A DNA stretch of 61,239 nucleotides, counting the filler, from Porpidia crustulata (Eukaryota): NCBI GenBank assembly GCA_964255105.1. It is 10 parts of 10 records of this genome, joined end to end, with 100 filler letters (N's around TTAATTAATTAA, not from the genome) between each part and the next. Parts side by side here need not be neighbours in the genome. Positions count along the whole stretch, not along the records: positions 42,977 to 49,005 come from CAXUWE010001651.1; positions 49,106 to 55,127 come from CAXUWE010001652.1; positions 55,228 to 61,239 come from CAXUWE010001653.1; 7 more parts are not named here. The stretch is one strand, 5' to 3'. The position numbers were made by a program, and so were the translations under genes. Under the pieces are notes generated by a model. The model was not told the DNA's origin. It saw only the letters and a program-made list of their open reading frames with translations, and did no database searches. Below, in pieces: positions 48,601 to 58,703 of this stretch (within the stretch, counting starts at the first letter, position 1; each line of letters opens with the position of its first letter).

Positions 48601-48783
48601 TTGGCAAGTCAAGAAGCAGAACGCAAACGACGACAGCAAGTGAACGATGCATTTGCAGCAATCTTTGCAGATCTCATGATTCGGATGGCCCCGATGGGAA
48701 ACGGCAAGGAGAGTAGGGCGAGCGAGCTAAGGAGAAGGGGTGTGATTGGGGTGTTCCTCCGATCGAAGTGGGATAAAGCTTGA
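45649..48783 (+). CDS. Inositol polyphosphate 5-phosphatase, OCRL/type II-like
   Basis: GTWNV, LGLQEIV, GNKGAV, NCHL, WFGDLNYR, PTYKYD, PSWCDRIL and SDHKPL, followed by an ASH-like region (NFGHV..ITVANTG) and a helical C-terminal domain; 1044 aa. Confidence 0.94.
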   Translation: MAPTDSKSSTTHQMHDTPGAFPSTPGEPASPTIISSQLSLSQAVHQRRSEYTRSYATRVKVGTWNVASLSGTERDIQGWFVDGKGVSETLSGSLASQEDRKSETGLAVKEEEAVEAVLAQEARRSKKESTLPKNDQGSIPGGGDIGLYVLGLQEIVDISSAAEALRPFTDPNPAKKWKKAVAEALPEGYKQAAEQQLIGLYLVIYASPSIAPTISSISTTSVGTGLMGYMGNKGAVTARIVLGETTRMVFVNCHLTAGIEKGSLERRNWDASQILSRTKFEPVYDGGGVMEEFGEGIGDEDFAFWFGDLNYRLESIPPDDVRRLLTVHTRKEYELDKDSQKEIDAASRSDSPMIVRDSGSTEMPSADKGTSSYEAAESIMENSIHSSINIPPSEHMDPAIDPASLQTTLSSLLPHDQLHLQMRTRKAFHDGWREGVIDFLPTYKYDVGSVAIFDSSEKRRGPSWCDRILYRTRKDRLEYETMVLEEDLAKKRDEELQTRGVDKAAAEDDEVLFDYDPETDGAADAYDEHLEGPIDPEVVLTKTGFEDKLCLDYYTSHQRVLSSDHKPLDAVFTLTYDAVDPEMKAKVHQDIVRELDKAENEGRPGVTIVIDHQHDHEDNSATDPLSPTFQGVNFGHVKYDHVRIRNITVANTGRVRATVGFVDRSSDQSRQGGFSPPWLNIRFDRASDNKNTNPGALQAYTIEPGDAINVELTVHIADMDQVRKLNAGLEKLEDILVLRIHNGRDYFLPVRGRWLQSAFGRSLEKLTHIPEGGVRKLQHQRPDKSSSGSSHGSEGVKWSAPREIFRLTEAIEELVERSIAEWGMKGEQENPPWNDMKWPFATWRSLEPDQSREHLKRCVREALDTDESFAVHFLPGAECLQRLEATAETLLDFLNSLEDGIITSTLWAEIEKGTIERDKVRRSLTPEEERTWILEVLSTTPAHSIAFTFVTFMLSRIANEIAPVRLTAETPRSSLETTEQSKAQLASQEAERKRRQQVNDAFAAIFADLMIRMAPMGNGKESRASELRRRGVIGVFLRSKWDKA

Positions 48784-49005
48784 TGTATAATGTGTGTGTT
48801 GCGCTGTCAGATTTGCCGGGGGCTCACACCCCTAGATGAGTGAAACGGGTGATAATGAGGAGTTGAGATGACTGGACGGGCAGCTAAGCATAGGCCAGGC
48901 TGCGCCACGACGTCTTTCATTGATGTGATATATAGAGGCAATGCATAAATTAACGTCCGTCCCTGCGTCGAGAGACGCACCCTGTGACGAGACAAACTAT
49001 AGGTA

Positions 49006-49105
49006 NNNNNNNNNNNNNNNNNNNNNNNNNNNNNNNNNNNNNNNNNNNNTTAATTAATTAANNNNNNNNNNNNNNNNNNNNNNNNNNNNNNNNNNNNNNN
49101 NNNNN
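49006..49105. other. Artificial contig linker
   Basis: 44 N + TTAATTAATTAA + 44 N. Confidence 0.99.
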
Positions 49106-49746
49106 GTAGAAGAGTGGAAAGGAAAATTGAGGGGAAAATTCAAAGTGTAGGAGTGTTAGGATGGACTCGAAGAGGAAAAACGGTCTAGGTCTGTTGATAT
49201 AGTTTCAAGGACGAAACAGATGCTGGCACGTGATGGTTGAGGGGAAGACCAAATTGTTAACTTTCTGACATTGTTGAATTTCCCTTTGAATAGTGGGGTG
49301 TATGGGTGTGTATTAATCTATGAGGGGTTACAACGTGCTGTCTCAACCCCTGAGCTGGAAAACTGCGTTGATAGATATGCCTCTACGTATGCATAAGGGA
49401 TCAAACATACCATGCCTTGAGTGAGTTATTCTGAGAGGACGAAGAGAATTGTTTCTTCGAAAATATCATAATCTATGAGGAATCTGTGATCTATGCGGAA
49501 TCTATGATCTAACCCTACTTAAGCGACATGGAATACCCAGCAGATGACCTTAGAATACTGCACGCTGATAGGCTAAAGCTTCCCTGTAACAGATGGTGCA
49601 TCGTGAGATCTCTCGATAAAGCAGATAACCCAATCGACCCCGCAAAATCTCTATTAATTACTTATTCTAACGACAATAACCTTCTGAGGCACCATTCGCA
49701 ATACCCTTTTTCCCAAGACGCTTCAGTTTCGACTTCACAAGCAGTC

Positions 49747-50609
49747 ATGGCTTCAGCAACGGGAATACCGCAGGATAACCCAGTGGCAGAAGGCAGAGGT
49801 GAAGAAGAGCCTTTGCTAGGGAGGGCGGGAGATGTCTCGCAACAGGATGGCAAGGGAATACAATTCAACTTCTTCATGGGTACAACACTACCATCAATCA
49901 AATGTGTGATCACAGTGAACGCCTACTGACCAACGAACCACAGGCACTGCAATCATCGCCCAAGCAGGCATCTGGATCGTTCGTACCCCCTCGAGTCTTA
50001 TTTCAAGAATTCAATTTTTACAGTCCCCACTGACCTCCATCACAGCTCGCAGCAACTGTCTGGGCCTCTGTCTTTCTCCATGATCTCAGCCTCTTCTCCG
50101 CCCACCCTCTCCTCAACTCCGCCGCCCTCCTGCTGACTACCCAAGCCATCCTGGTCCTCCAACCAACCCACTCGCCCGGCCAAAAACGTACCGGCACAAA
50201 TATTCACGCCGTGTTAAACATCACCAGTATCCTCACCTTCCTCGCCGGCCTCGCAATTATCGAGTACAATAAAATCGCCAACGGCGGCCACGAACATTTC
50301 GTGTCTCCCCACGCTATCTTAGGATTGATAACATACATTCTGTTTGTTATGCAAGCGCTCGTGGGTATCACGCAATATTACCTTCCCGGTCTATATGGGG
50401 GCGTAGATAACGCGAAGAGCGTATACAAGTATCATCGAATGAGCGGGTACGTGCTGTTGGTGCTGGGCTTTGCGACGGTGGCCGCGGCAACGCAGACGGG
50501 TTTCAATGTGATGACGCTGCACATCCAGCTTTGGGCGGTGATCGTGGCAGCGGTGATTACGCTTGTGGGAGTGCTGCCTAGGATTAAGAAACAGAAAATG
50601 GGACTATAG
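49747..50609 (+). CDS. Cytochrome b561 domain membrane protein
   Basis: MASATGIP..EEEPLLG start and four candidate heme His residues (FSAHPLLN, NIHAVLN, SPHAILG, KYHRMSG); two introns flanking a short exon near 49944-49978. Confidence 0.88.
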
Positions 50610-50926
50610 GAGCGGAAGAGTTGGGTATTTGCCGAATATTGAGAGAAACGGGGGTTCTGACAAGTTTGATGAAACTTGAAGACTGTGTGCATTTGCATTG
50701 ATGGAGTTCGGGAAAGCGTGCAAACGGTCGTACATGTTGGTCTATCTAGGTATACTAAGGACATACTGTCAATATGATCGTTTGCTTAAACATGAAGCAA
50801 ATTTACATGACATGGAAATTCTAGTCTTCAATGACCTTGATCTAGGACAAGTGAAAATGGAGGTGTGTTACCTATTTGGTTAACCCTCATGTGGTCTTGA
50901 CAGCACAGGAAAATCGTCTCAATCAT

Positions 50927-51667
50927 CTATACCCAAACTTCCTCTTCCTCCACTCCGCTTTTCTCATCTTTGCCATCATCACTATGTTGAATCCTCAATA
51001 TCTCTTCTGCAACGCGATCGTTATCACTCGTCAGCGTCGGAAGACAATGCCCATTCTCAAACTCAAACACCCTCGCGGCCTCGACATCGAAACATTGCGC
51101 CAGCAGCTTGCTGGCGCGCACATAGGGGTCCATACGACCGTGGACGTGTACGCTCGGTAACGGGATATGATGATTATAAGCCTCATCCCACGCCGGGAGC
51201 TCCCTGTCCGAGGACAACCGCGACGCCTCCGGCGATTCCTGGGCCAGAAGGATGGCGGGATATGTCCCGTTAAAGCAGGCCGCGAAACGAAATTTGGCCC
51301 CCTCGACGTGCCCCTTGTCCTGCTGCTCCACCATGATCCCCGCCGCCAGCCTGGCACCCTGGGAGAAGCCGAGCACGCCGACAAAGGGCCCGCCGTCCTC
51401 CTTCAGCGTTTTGCGCAGGAGCTGGCGCACTTCCATGTCGCTCCGTCCCTTGGTTTTCACCCACCGCCAATAGGGCCCGCAGCCTTCGAAAAAGGGCATG
51501 ACGCCCGGACCAGGTGGGCTCTCGAAGGGGCCGTCGATGAAGACGAAGCGGAAGTGCTGGCGGAGGGCGTGTTGGATCTTTCGGGTTTGCATGGCGAAGA
51601 TCATGGCGGAGGTTCCGCCGCCGTGGAGGCAGAGGATTCGTGGGAGATGTTTGTTGTCGGAGGCCAT
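50927..51667 (-). CDS. Serine hydrolase, FSH1/LovG family esterase
   Basis: RILCLHGGGTS, nucleophile motif GFSQGA, HVHGRMDP (Asp) and GHCLP (His); intronless, 246 aa. Confidence 0.92.
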   Translation of the reverse strand: MASDNKHLPRILCLHGGGTSAMIFAMQTRKIQHALRQHFRFVFIDGPFESPPGPGVMPFFEGCGPYWRWVKTKGRSDMEVRQLLRKTLKEDGGPFVGVLGFSQGARLAAGIMVEQQDKGHVEGAKFRFAACFNGTYPAILLAQESPEASRLSSDRELPAWDEAYNHHIPLPSVHVHGRMDPYVRASKLLAQCFDVEAARVFEFENGHCLPTLTSDNDRVAEEILRIQHSDDGKDEKSGVEEEEVWV

Positions 51668-53762
51668 CTTTGGTCAAGTTCATGGGGTTGCACTCTGATC
51701 CGGAGCCACAAATCCACCACGATTACTTGTAGGCGAGTGAGTAGAAGGTACAATCAAGTGAGATGTGGTTATCGGAATAATTTGGAACGAGCGTTTTGAG
51801 TCATGGCATTTTGCCAGACGGGTACTCCGATTGGACCATTTTGACCTCCTCGATGAGTGTTACGGACCGCACTGAACCGCGCATAGATAGGCCAGGTCAG
51901 CACGGCTACGCCGCAATCGTAACAATACTGCCATGACTGAGCAGTAGATACCTTAGTCTCCAATGGGAATGCCCGAAGGAACGGAACGTTGAGCTGGATC
52001 TGGATTACTAATAATCCCTGTCAATACAACGGCGCTGCTAACAGTTCACAGAGTTCATCTCTATCTCGTCTCCCTCCAGAATGTCCGTCATTCGGCACAG
52101 GTCCTCCAGACTGGATCGGATGCTTGGCAAACTACGAGTCTGCAATTGGACTGCGTTGCAATGTTAACGGCTGTCGATGTGCGTGATTGGCACATCCATT
52201 GGCTCCAAATACTCCGAAAGCTCTCAAGCTTCTCGTGAATTGACCATCAAGTTATACGAGTGTTTTCGGTTTTTGACAGAGCTTATGCGGTAGAGCCCAT
52301 GCTTCCGTTTCTGTTTCATGGAGAATTCAGCTGTGACAGTCTTCTAGGAGCTTATCGCTTTTCATATTATTCTTCATGGGTATACCATTTACCCAAAGCC
52401 CATCGTAACTACTACTATCTCACCTATTTCTCCACGTGGACCAAGCAGTGACTCGCCCTTCAAATAAGGAAATATCCAGTCACCCTTGAAGAATCGGCTA
52501 AGGCTCAAATGACAGATTCGAGGAAGAGCGTCTTGAAAAACGCAGGCATGAGATTATAATGGCTCTCTATATCCTCGATTGCTTACGATGGAAGAACTAC
52601 TTACCTAATGCTGTTATGAGAAATCGCTTCGAGGGACTCCATCCTACGGTGACTTCGCAAAAAGGGAGAGGAGGAATCGGTTTTTGATTTTGATTTTGAT
52701 CATGTTCAAACGAAAAGGCCTGAGCTTTGGAATGAATAGTCCCAAACTCGGCGATCTGTCTATGGCTGCATATGGTTTAGGAGGGACTGAGAAGCATGAG
52801 TATGAGAGTCAGAGATAGTGTCGTGACTGTAGCTTAATTCTATACATTGAGTCCTTTTAATGGAGACTTGGGTCCAACGTATTGAACTCCGTTTCTCCTG
52901 CAATATCTACATACGCCGAACCGCTCACTGCTTACTACTCAATGCGTGACCCCTGTAAGCACGCTGAGGAGAATTCTAGAAAAGATGATTAGTAAGCGCA
53001 TATTTTAAGGCGAGTTGGGATCTCGCCTGACTTTTCGTCAACGACCATAACTAAAGCCCGGAAACCAGCAAAAAGCGCCGGGAACGACGACTTGTAGTCA
53101 TTGGCTCAATACCGAAGAAGCAATACCTTGCAATTGTCTCGATAGAGCAGCGAAGATGCCTCTTGCACCCGAAGGCTTGTTTGACGTCCCCCTCTGCCCC
53201 ACTCCATCGGTGAGAAAGCCCGTTCAGAGATGCAACGACAAACACCAACCGGGATTAGACTGTGACAGCGCATCAGACATAAGATACTTTCTCACATGGG
53301 CGTTCTCTGCATCGGCATTGATGCCGCGTCTGATAGTCGTCATTGCATGGTGCCAACCCTCCATGATCCTATCAGACCAATGCACCGCGTTGCAGAGGAT
53401 CGACTGCTTCGTGGCAATTAACCCAACGGTAATCACCCTATCTTGTCTAGTTACCACAAGCCAGCATTCCTAGCAGAGAGGTATGCCAATCGCACCAATA
53501 GCCGCGCCTGGCATCAGCCAGACCGGTCTGGGTATTTTCAAACGGCAAGGGATTTGGTTGACATCCTAACGTCCTGGAGGGTCACCAAACCCTATCAGAG
53601 GATGAAGCCAGGACTAGGGGATGAGGAAACTCGGGCTAGTTGAACCAAAGATTTCAATTTCTTCAAGGTCAAAGCGGGGTCAATGGGTTTATCATTTGGC
53701 TTTTGGATGAAGAGGTATCAAAGCTTTCCCCCATCGGCGATGGGAGGCTGCCTCGAGGGAGG

Positions 53763-53769
53763 TATAAAA
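53763..53769 (+). promoter_or_regulatory. TATA box upstream of KXD1
   Basis: TATAAAA followed by a pyrimidine-rich tract, about 220 bp before the ATG at 53986. Confidence 0.5.
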
Positions 53770-53985
53770 GGGAGGTCGAAGACCAGTCTTCGTCGATTTT
53801 TTTCTTCTTCCTCTTTCATCTCATTCAGATTTGCTTCGCTTACTCCACAAGCAAACTTCATCTCGCTTCGTTACCGTTTCACCGTGCTTGCTTCCAGATC
53901 TTACTGAAGCCTTACATTAAGCTCTTATCATTGTTTACTTCCGTCACAAGCAACGACTTTACTCTATTCTTAACCTAGCATCAAC

Positions 53986-54705
53986 ATGCCTTCCACTCAA
54001 ACTCTCAACCGAGCCTCACCCCCTTCCCTCCCTCTCGCCATGCCGGGCAAGTCATCTAGCTATACTACTCCCGCCTACCCAGCACCATACAGCCGCGTCC
54101 CAATATCACCACCGCAACCAGGTTCAAGCGTCAACACATCGGCAGTCCCATCTTTGACTTCCGGTAGCTACGCAGGTAGTGACGCGAGCTCGAACGGCGG
54201 CGCCTCAGGAGTCGATCTGGTCGAAATGCTCAACGACCGTCTCAGCAATGCCGTGAATCCACTGCCGTTAGATAGGAGTTTGGCCCAACAGGCGCAGACG
54301 TGAGTATTTAGTCTCCTGTCCTCCACAATATCGAGCTGCTAGCAAGCATTTGAAATTACAGTAGATATCCGGCAAACTAACACCATCCAGATCCGGCGCG
54401 CTAAATGCAAAACACCGCGAGCTACTAGAATTGCAAGCACTTGCACAACGTCGCCTAAAGGGCACTCGTGCCAATTTTGCGGATGGCATGAAAGCCGCAA
54501 AGGAGGTGAAGAAGGATCTCGACTGGACGCAAAAGCGTGTTTCGTAAGTGACTGCATTCCTAGTGGCCTCCTATGTTCACGACATGGTCCCAAATCATTT
54601 CTCGCACCCTGACCACATTCCAGCGCACTCAAAACCAAAACCGAGCGAAAGTACCCAGCACAATACCGAAAAGCTCACGATCGCTATCCAAGCCCCGAAA
54701 ACTAG
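53986..54705 (+). CDS. KXD1: KxDL-motif protein (BLOC-1/BORC subunit Kxd1)
   Basis: Ser/Pro-rich N-terminus, LDRSLAQQAQT|SGALNAKHRELLELQ, EVKKDLDWTQKRVS (KxDL) and KYPAQY; two introns; TAG at 54703-54705. Confidence 0.85.
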
Positions 54706-55127
54706 CAGCAATCCCTTCATATCCCTTTCCATTTCCCCCTTTTTCTTTCCTTCCATTTCAAACTTTTCTTACCCACAGTCGTCGTTGTCCCAAAAGAGAA
54801 CCCCGGAGATGCTCGGCTGTCGTCCCAAAAAAGCGCTCGCTCGCGATTACTCCCGCAACTATCAAACCATCCCACCAACCACCGACCCTTACCGGGCCCT
54901 CTCGCCGCTTTTGCAACGCAACTGGCGCGCGGCTGTCTGACGTCCGTCATCTTATGCCAGCGCTCCCGATTTGTGGCTTTTCGCGCGCGCGCACCGGGGA
55001 CTGGCTTGGGGGTTTCCTGCGAGATCTTGCTCTCGCGTGGCGTTTGTTCGGGAGCCGCGGCGGCCATTGTTGTCCCTGGCGTCGGTTTCAGCCGGTTTTC
55101 TGGGTTTTCCTTTCCTTTCCTTTCGGG

Positions 55128-55227
55128 NNNNNNNNNNNNNNNNNNNNNNNNNNNNNNNNNNNNNNNNNNNNTTAATTAATTAANNNNNNNNNNNNNNNNN
55201 NNNNNNNNNNNNNNNNNNNNNNNNNNN
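55128..55227. other. Artificial contig linker
   Basis: 44 N + TTAATTAATTAA + 44 N. Confidence 0.99.
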
Positions 55228-55873
55228 GGTAGGGAAAGGGGGAGGGGAAGGGAAGGAGCGCGAAACGGCGGTGGGTGTATGATGAATGAGGAAGTCGCTA
55301 AAATCCGCAGTCCCACAAACCACGGCGCCGACGACCCCGATAAGAACCGAGATACGGTCCAGGTGAAGTCATCCACAATCACAAACATAATTCGTTCACA
55401 CCGATGGCGTTGGAGTGTCGTTCCGAGTAAAGGAGATCCGACCAAGGTTACTCACAAGTTTGCTCATCTGATCGATAACTCGAAAACATCCCTCAAAGAC
55501 GAAGAAGGCACGAGTGAAGGAAACAAAGAAAAAGAGCCAAGCGCTGGTCAGACTCAGGTTCAAACCAACTGCCTCAAATGCTTTCCGTTCAAGGTCTGAT
55601 ATTATAATCCCTGTTCTATTCTTTCCTCTTTCGTCCGCGTTCGAGGCCCTTATACCTTCCTGTGGAGGTGCGAGCGAAGGCTGCGTCGGGGTATCTGTCA
55701 TAGGAAAAAAGGCTGCTGGGATGACCCTTGAGGCGCGATAGCCTCATCTCTTCCTTTAGGTAAGTGGTGGTCATATCTTGGTGTTCCTTGGCGTTCAGTT
55801 CAGCTTCCAATCCAGTAGCCCTCGCCAGATCGTAAGTTCTCATAAAACACCGTACCTCATGGTCCCTCCAGTC

Positions 55874-57521
55874 TCAATAAATACTCCTCAACCCCCAACC
55901 GACCCTCAAAACCCGTGCAATGACGAAACACCCCAGTCCACCGACATAACAGGAGCCAGTGAATATGATCAACCCCCAATACCTTCCTCCATCTGTGGCG
56001 AGAATCTTACCTGCAATTGGGATCCCGGTCAAACAGCCGAAACTCACGACGGTGTAGCACGTCGCGTACCACCTCCCGAATTCATCAGTTTCACATAGCT
56101 GGCCCACGCACACGGGTGTGAGACTAATATTGCTGCCAGACGCGAAGCCGAAGAGCACGCCAAAGACGCAGAGGCGGGCAATGGAGCCCCCGGACGTGAG
56201 CCAGATGGCAAGGACGCTGACTAGGCAGAGCGCGACGGTGGCGATCATGGTGTTGAAGGCACCAAAGTGGTCGGCGATGTAGCCGGGCAGCCAGCGGCCG
56301 AAGAAAGAGCCTGCATTTACGACGGCGAGGAGCTGGTAAGAGAAAGTGAGGGAGATGCCATTTCCGAGGGCGTAAGAGGAGATGTAAGAGAGGGGAATAA
56401 AAAGGCCCCATTCGAGGAAGAAGACGCCTACTGCCGTAAGAGCAAACGTAGAATTCCTGAATATGCGGAAGTCGGGCCAGACATTACCGCCCTTTTTGGG
56501 GGGCAAGCGGGAGCGAATTAGGAGATTCGCGATGACGAGGAGGAGGAGGAAGATGAGGGCCATAACACGGACTGCCCATTTGTAACCGATGAGAGGGAAG
56601 AGTTGCTGAAGCATGAGGGGGAAAATAATACCGCCGATAGAGCCGCCGGTGGTGGCGAGGCCAGTTGCTGCGCCGCGGGATATGAGGAAGAAGTGGGCGA
56701 TAGAGGAAACGGCCGGAGTGAAGATAAGAGAGGTACCAACACCACCCAGAATAGAAAATGTAAGAATGAAATGCCAATATTCTGTAGGAGATCATGAAGT
56801 CAGCGGCGCTCGTAGATGAGAGTCAGAGAGAGGTGCTGGGCTTGAATTGGTCCTACGACTGGCATTTCAATCGAAAAGCAGGAGATGGGTAAGACATACC
56901 AGTACTCTCAGCAATTCCTATAGCCCCAACAACTAGGGACAAGGTCCCGGCCACCACCAACCATCTTGGCCCCTTCGCATCGAACACTGGCCCAATTTGG
57001 ATTCCGCAGAAGAATGCCAGAAACACATAGAGACTGAATATCCAACCAATACTACTGGGCGAGTATTGCACCAATTGATCTACCGATGTAGAAGATTAGC
57101 GAGGGGATACAAGTGGGATAAGGAAAGTGCGGGAAGGGTTGCTGGACATACGTGTACTAAGGTAGGCCTGGAAAGTGCCCACGGTATTCATGAGCCCAAA
57201 GGAGGCTACCATGCCACTGAACGAACCAAAAACAACGGAGTAGGCCCGTAGCCCGCCCTCTGGGTATGTGCCCTCGGTGGGAGAGCCAGCTCCTAAAGGC
57301 GATTCGACGTTATGATTGTGAGTGGAGGGTGAATTGGTGGTGTCGATTGAGTCTATTACAGACGTCTCAAAGTCCTTAGTGACGGCCATCTTGCTGTTGA
57401 ACATTTCTCTCCTGCCATCTGTAGGAAGTACTCCATTGTGGGTTTTCTCTTTTTCGTCTCGGCCACATCCGATGTGCAGATTTTCATCGTTTGCTCCCTG
57501 TCTCATAGCGTTCGAAGTCAT
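55874..57521 (-). CDS. MFS monocarboxylate porter (MCT/Mch5-like)
   Basis: [48 protein letters not shown] and GIPIAG; two introns. Confidence 0.93.
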
Positions 57522-58265
57522 CAGCTACCCGTCGACCTTCCACTATCTCCCAAAACCTCGTTGTGTCTTTCGTCTCTTGGAATGGGGCCATTGGAGTGAG
57601 AGGCTCCGTACAATGCGCGGTGATGACCACGGCATTACCGCAATTGGAAAATTCCATAGTGGGTGTTATAGCGTAATAGCGATATGTGTGCCGAGAACCG
57701 GAGACGCAAGCGGTTGACATATTTGTGCTCAGGGTTTGGGTTTGATGATCATACGAAATATCCAGGACTTCACGGCTTCTATGTGATGATTTGTAAGACA
57801 GCGAGAATCCAGGGTTTGTGCGACCATAGGGTGGAGGATTTGGGGTTTGCGGAGGCGTGGGAGGCACCTCGCAACGACTCGCCTGGGTTGATGATGCACG
57901 TAAAGTTACCTGAAATATGCTGGACACAAATCACAGGGACAGTGGGCAAATGTCACGATGCAGACAGATTGGAAATGAGCGATTTCGTGTAAATCTATGT
58001 TTGCTATATTATACTATCTGAAGGGTCCACGGTACCGAGTATGCCAAAAGTCCCTGGGCTTGGGTGACCAAACAAGCCCGAGAATGTCCAAATCCATAGT
58101 GCCTAAGTACAAAGTGATGTCGATGTCCCTCCTCATTATCATCGAAAATCATGTAAAGGACATGCTTTGAAAAAGAAATGAGCCGTCCTATCGTATGCCT
58201 TCACGCGTCGTTGTAGAGCCGCATTTTTTAGTGGAGGGGGTCAAAAATCGAAAGCGCTAAAGTTC

Positions 58266-58703
58266 TTATAGCATGGCGAAGACAGCAGCGACACCGACAG
58301 CAGCACCCACGATCTCCTTGTTCCAGCTCAGAAGGTTGGCGGCGCCCTTGAAAGTAGCGACCGGTGCGGTACCGGTAGTAAAGGTACCGTTGGCAGATGG
58401 TGATGGGAGAACGGAGATGGATGCTGGCTTCGTAGGGGCCTGGATTTGGCCGTCGGTGATTTGTGAGACAGGAGCGACAGTGGTAGTGACCTTTGGTGCT
58501 TGAGGCTGACCATCGGTGATTTGGGAAATGGGTGCAACGGTTGTTGTAACCTTGGTCGGGGCTTGTATTTGACCGTCGGTGATCTGGGAGACTGGTGCAG
58601 CGGTAGTCGTTGCAACCTGGATTTGTCCGTCGGAGATCTGGCTCTGGGAGGCAACCACGGCGGCAAGCGCCAATGAGAGGAGGATGTTCTTGATGGAAGG
58701 CAT
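58266..58703 (-). CDS. Cell wall protein with four PIR repeats and a putative GPI signal
   Basis: Signal peptide; [27 protein letters not shown] and [10 protein letters not shown]-terminal FKGAA + hydrophobic tail. Confidence 0.92.
   Translation of the reverse strand: MPSIKNILLSLALAAVVASQSQISDGQIQVATTTAAPVSQITDGQIQAPTKVTTTVAPISQITDGQPQAPKVTTTVAPVSQITDGQIQAPTKPASISVLPSPSANGTFTTGTAPVATFKGAANLLSWNKEIVGAAVGVAAVFAML

Noticed and set aside
6096..55183. TTAATTAATTAA recurring about every 6.1 kb as a possible repeat array
   Set aside because: Always embedded in 44+44 N; it is a synthetic six-frame-stop linker. ORFs ending in 'LIN' are artefacts of it.
55228..55843. Short overlapping ORFs downstream of the MCT gene
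   Set aside because: No motif, no consistent splice model, and too close to the MCT stop for a separate minus-strand gene.
5338..56819. Long antisense or alternate-frame ORFs over ZUO1, the P450, CUZ1, FSH1 and MCT
   Set aside because: Shadows of GC-rich, skewed codon usage in the real genes; no independent motifs.
57821..57833. CGACCATAGGGTG resembling the 5' end of fungal 5S rRNA
   Set aside because: Similarity stops after about 13 nt; no internal control region follows.
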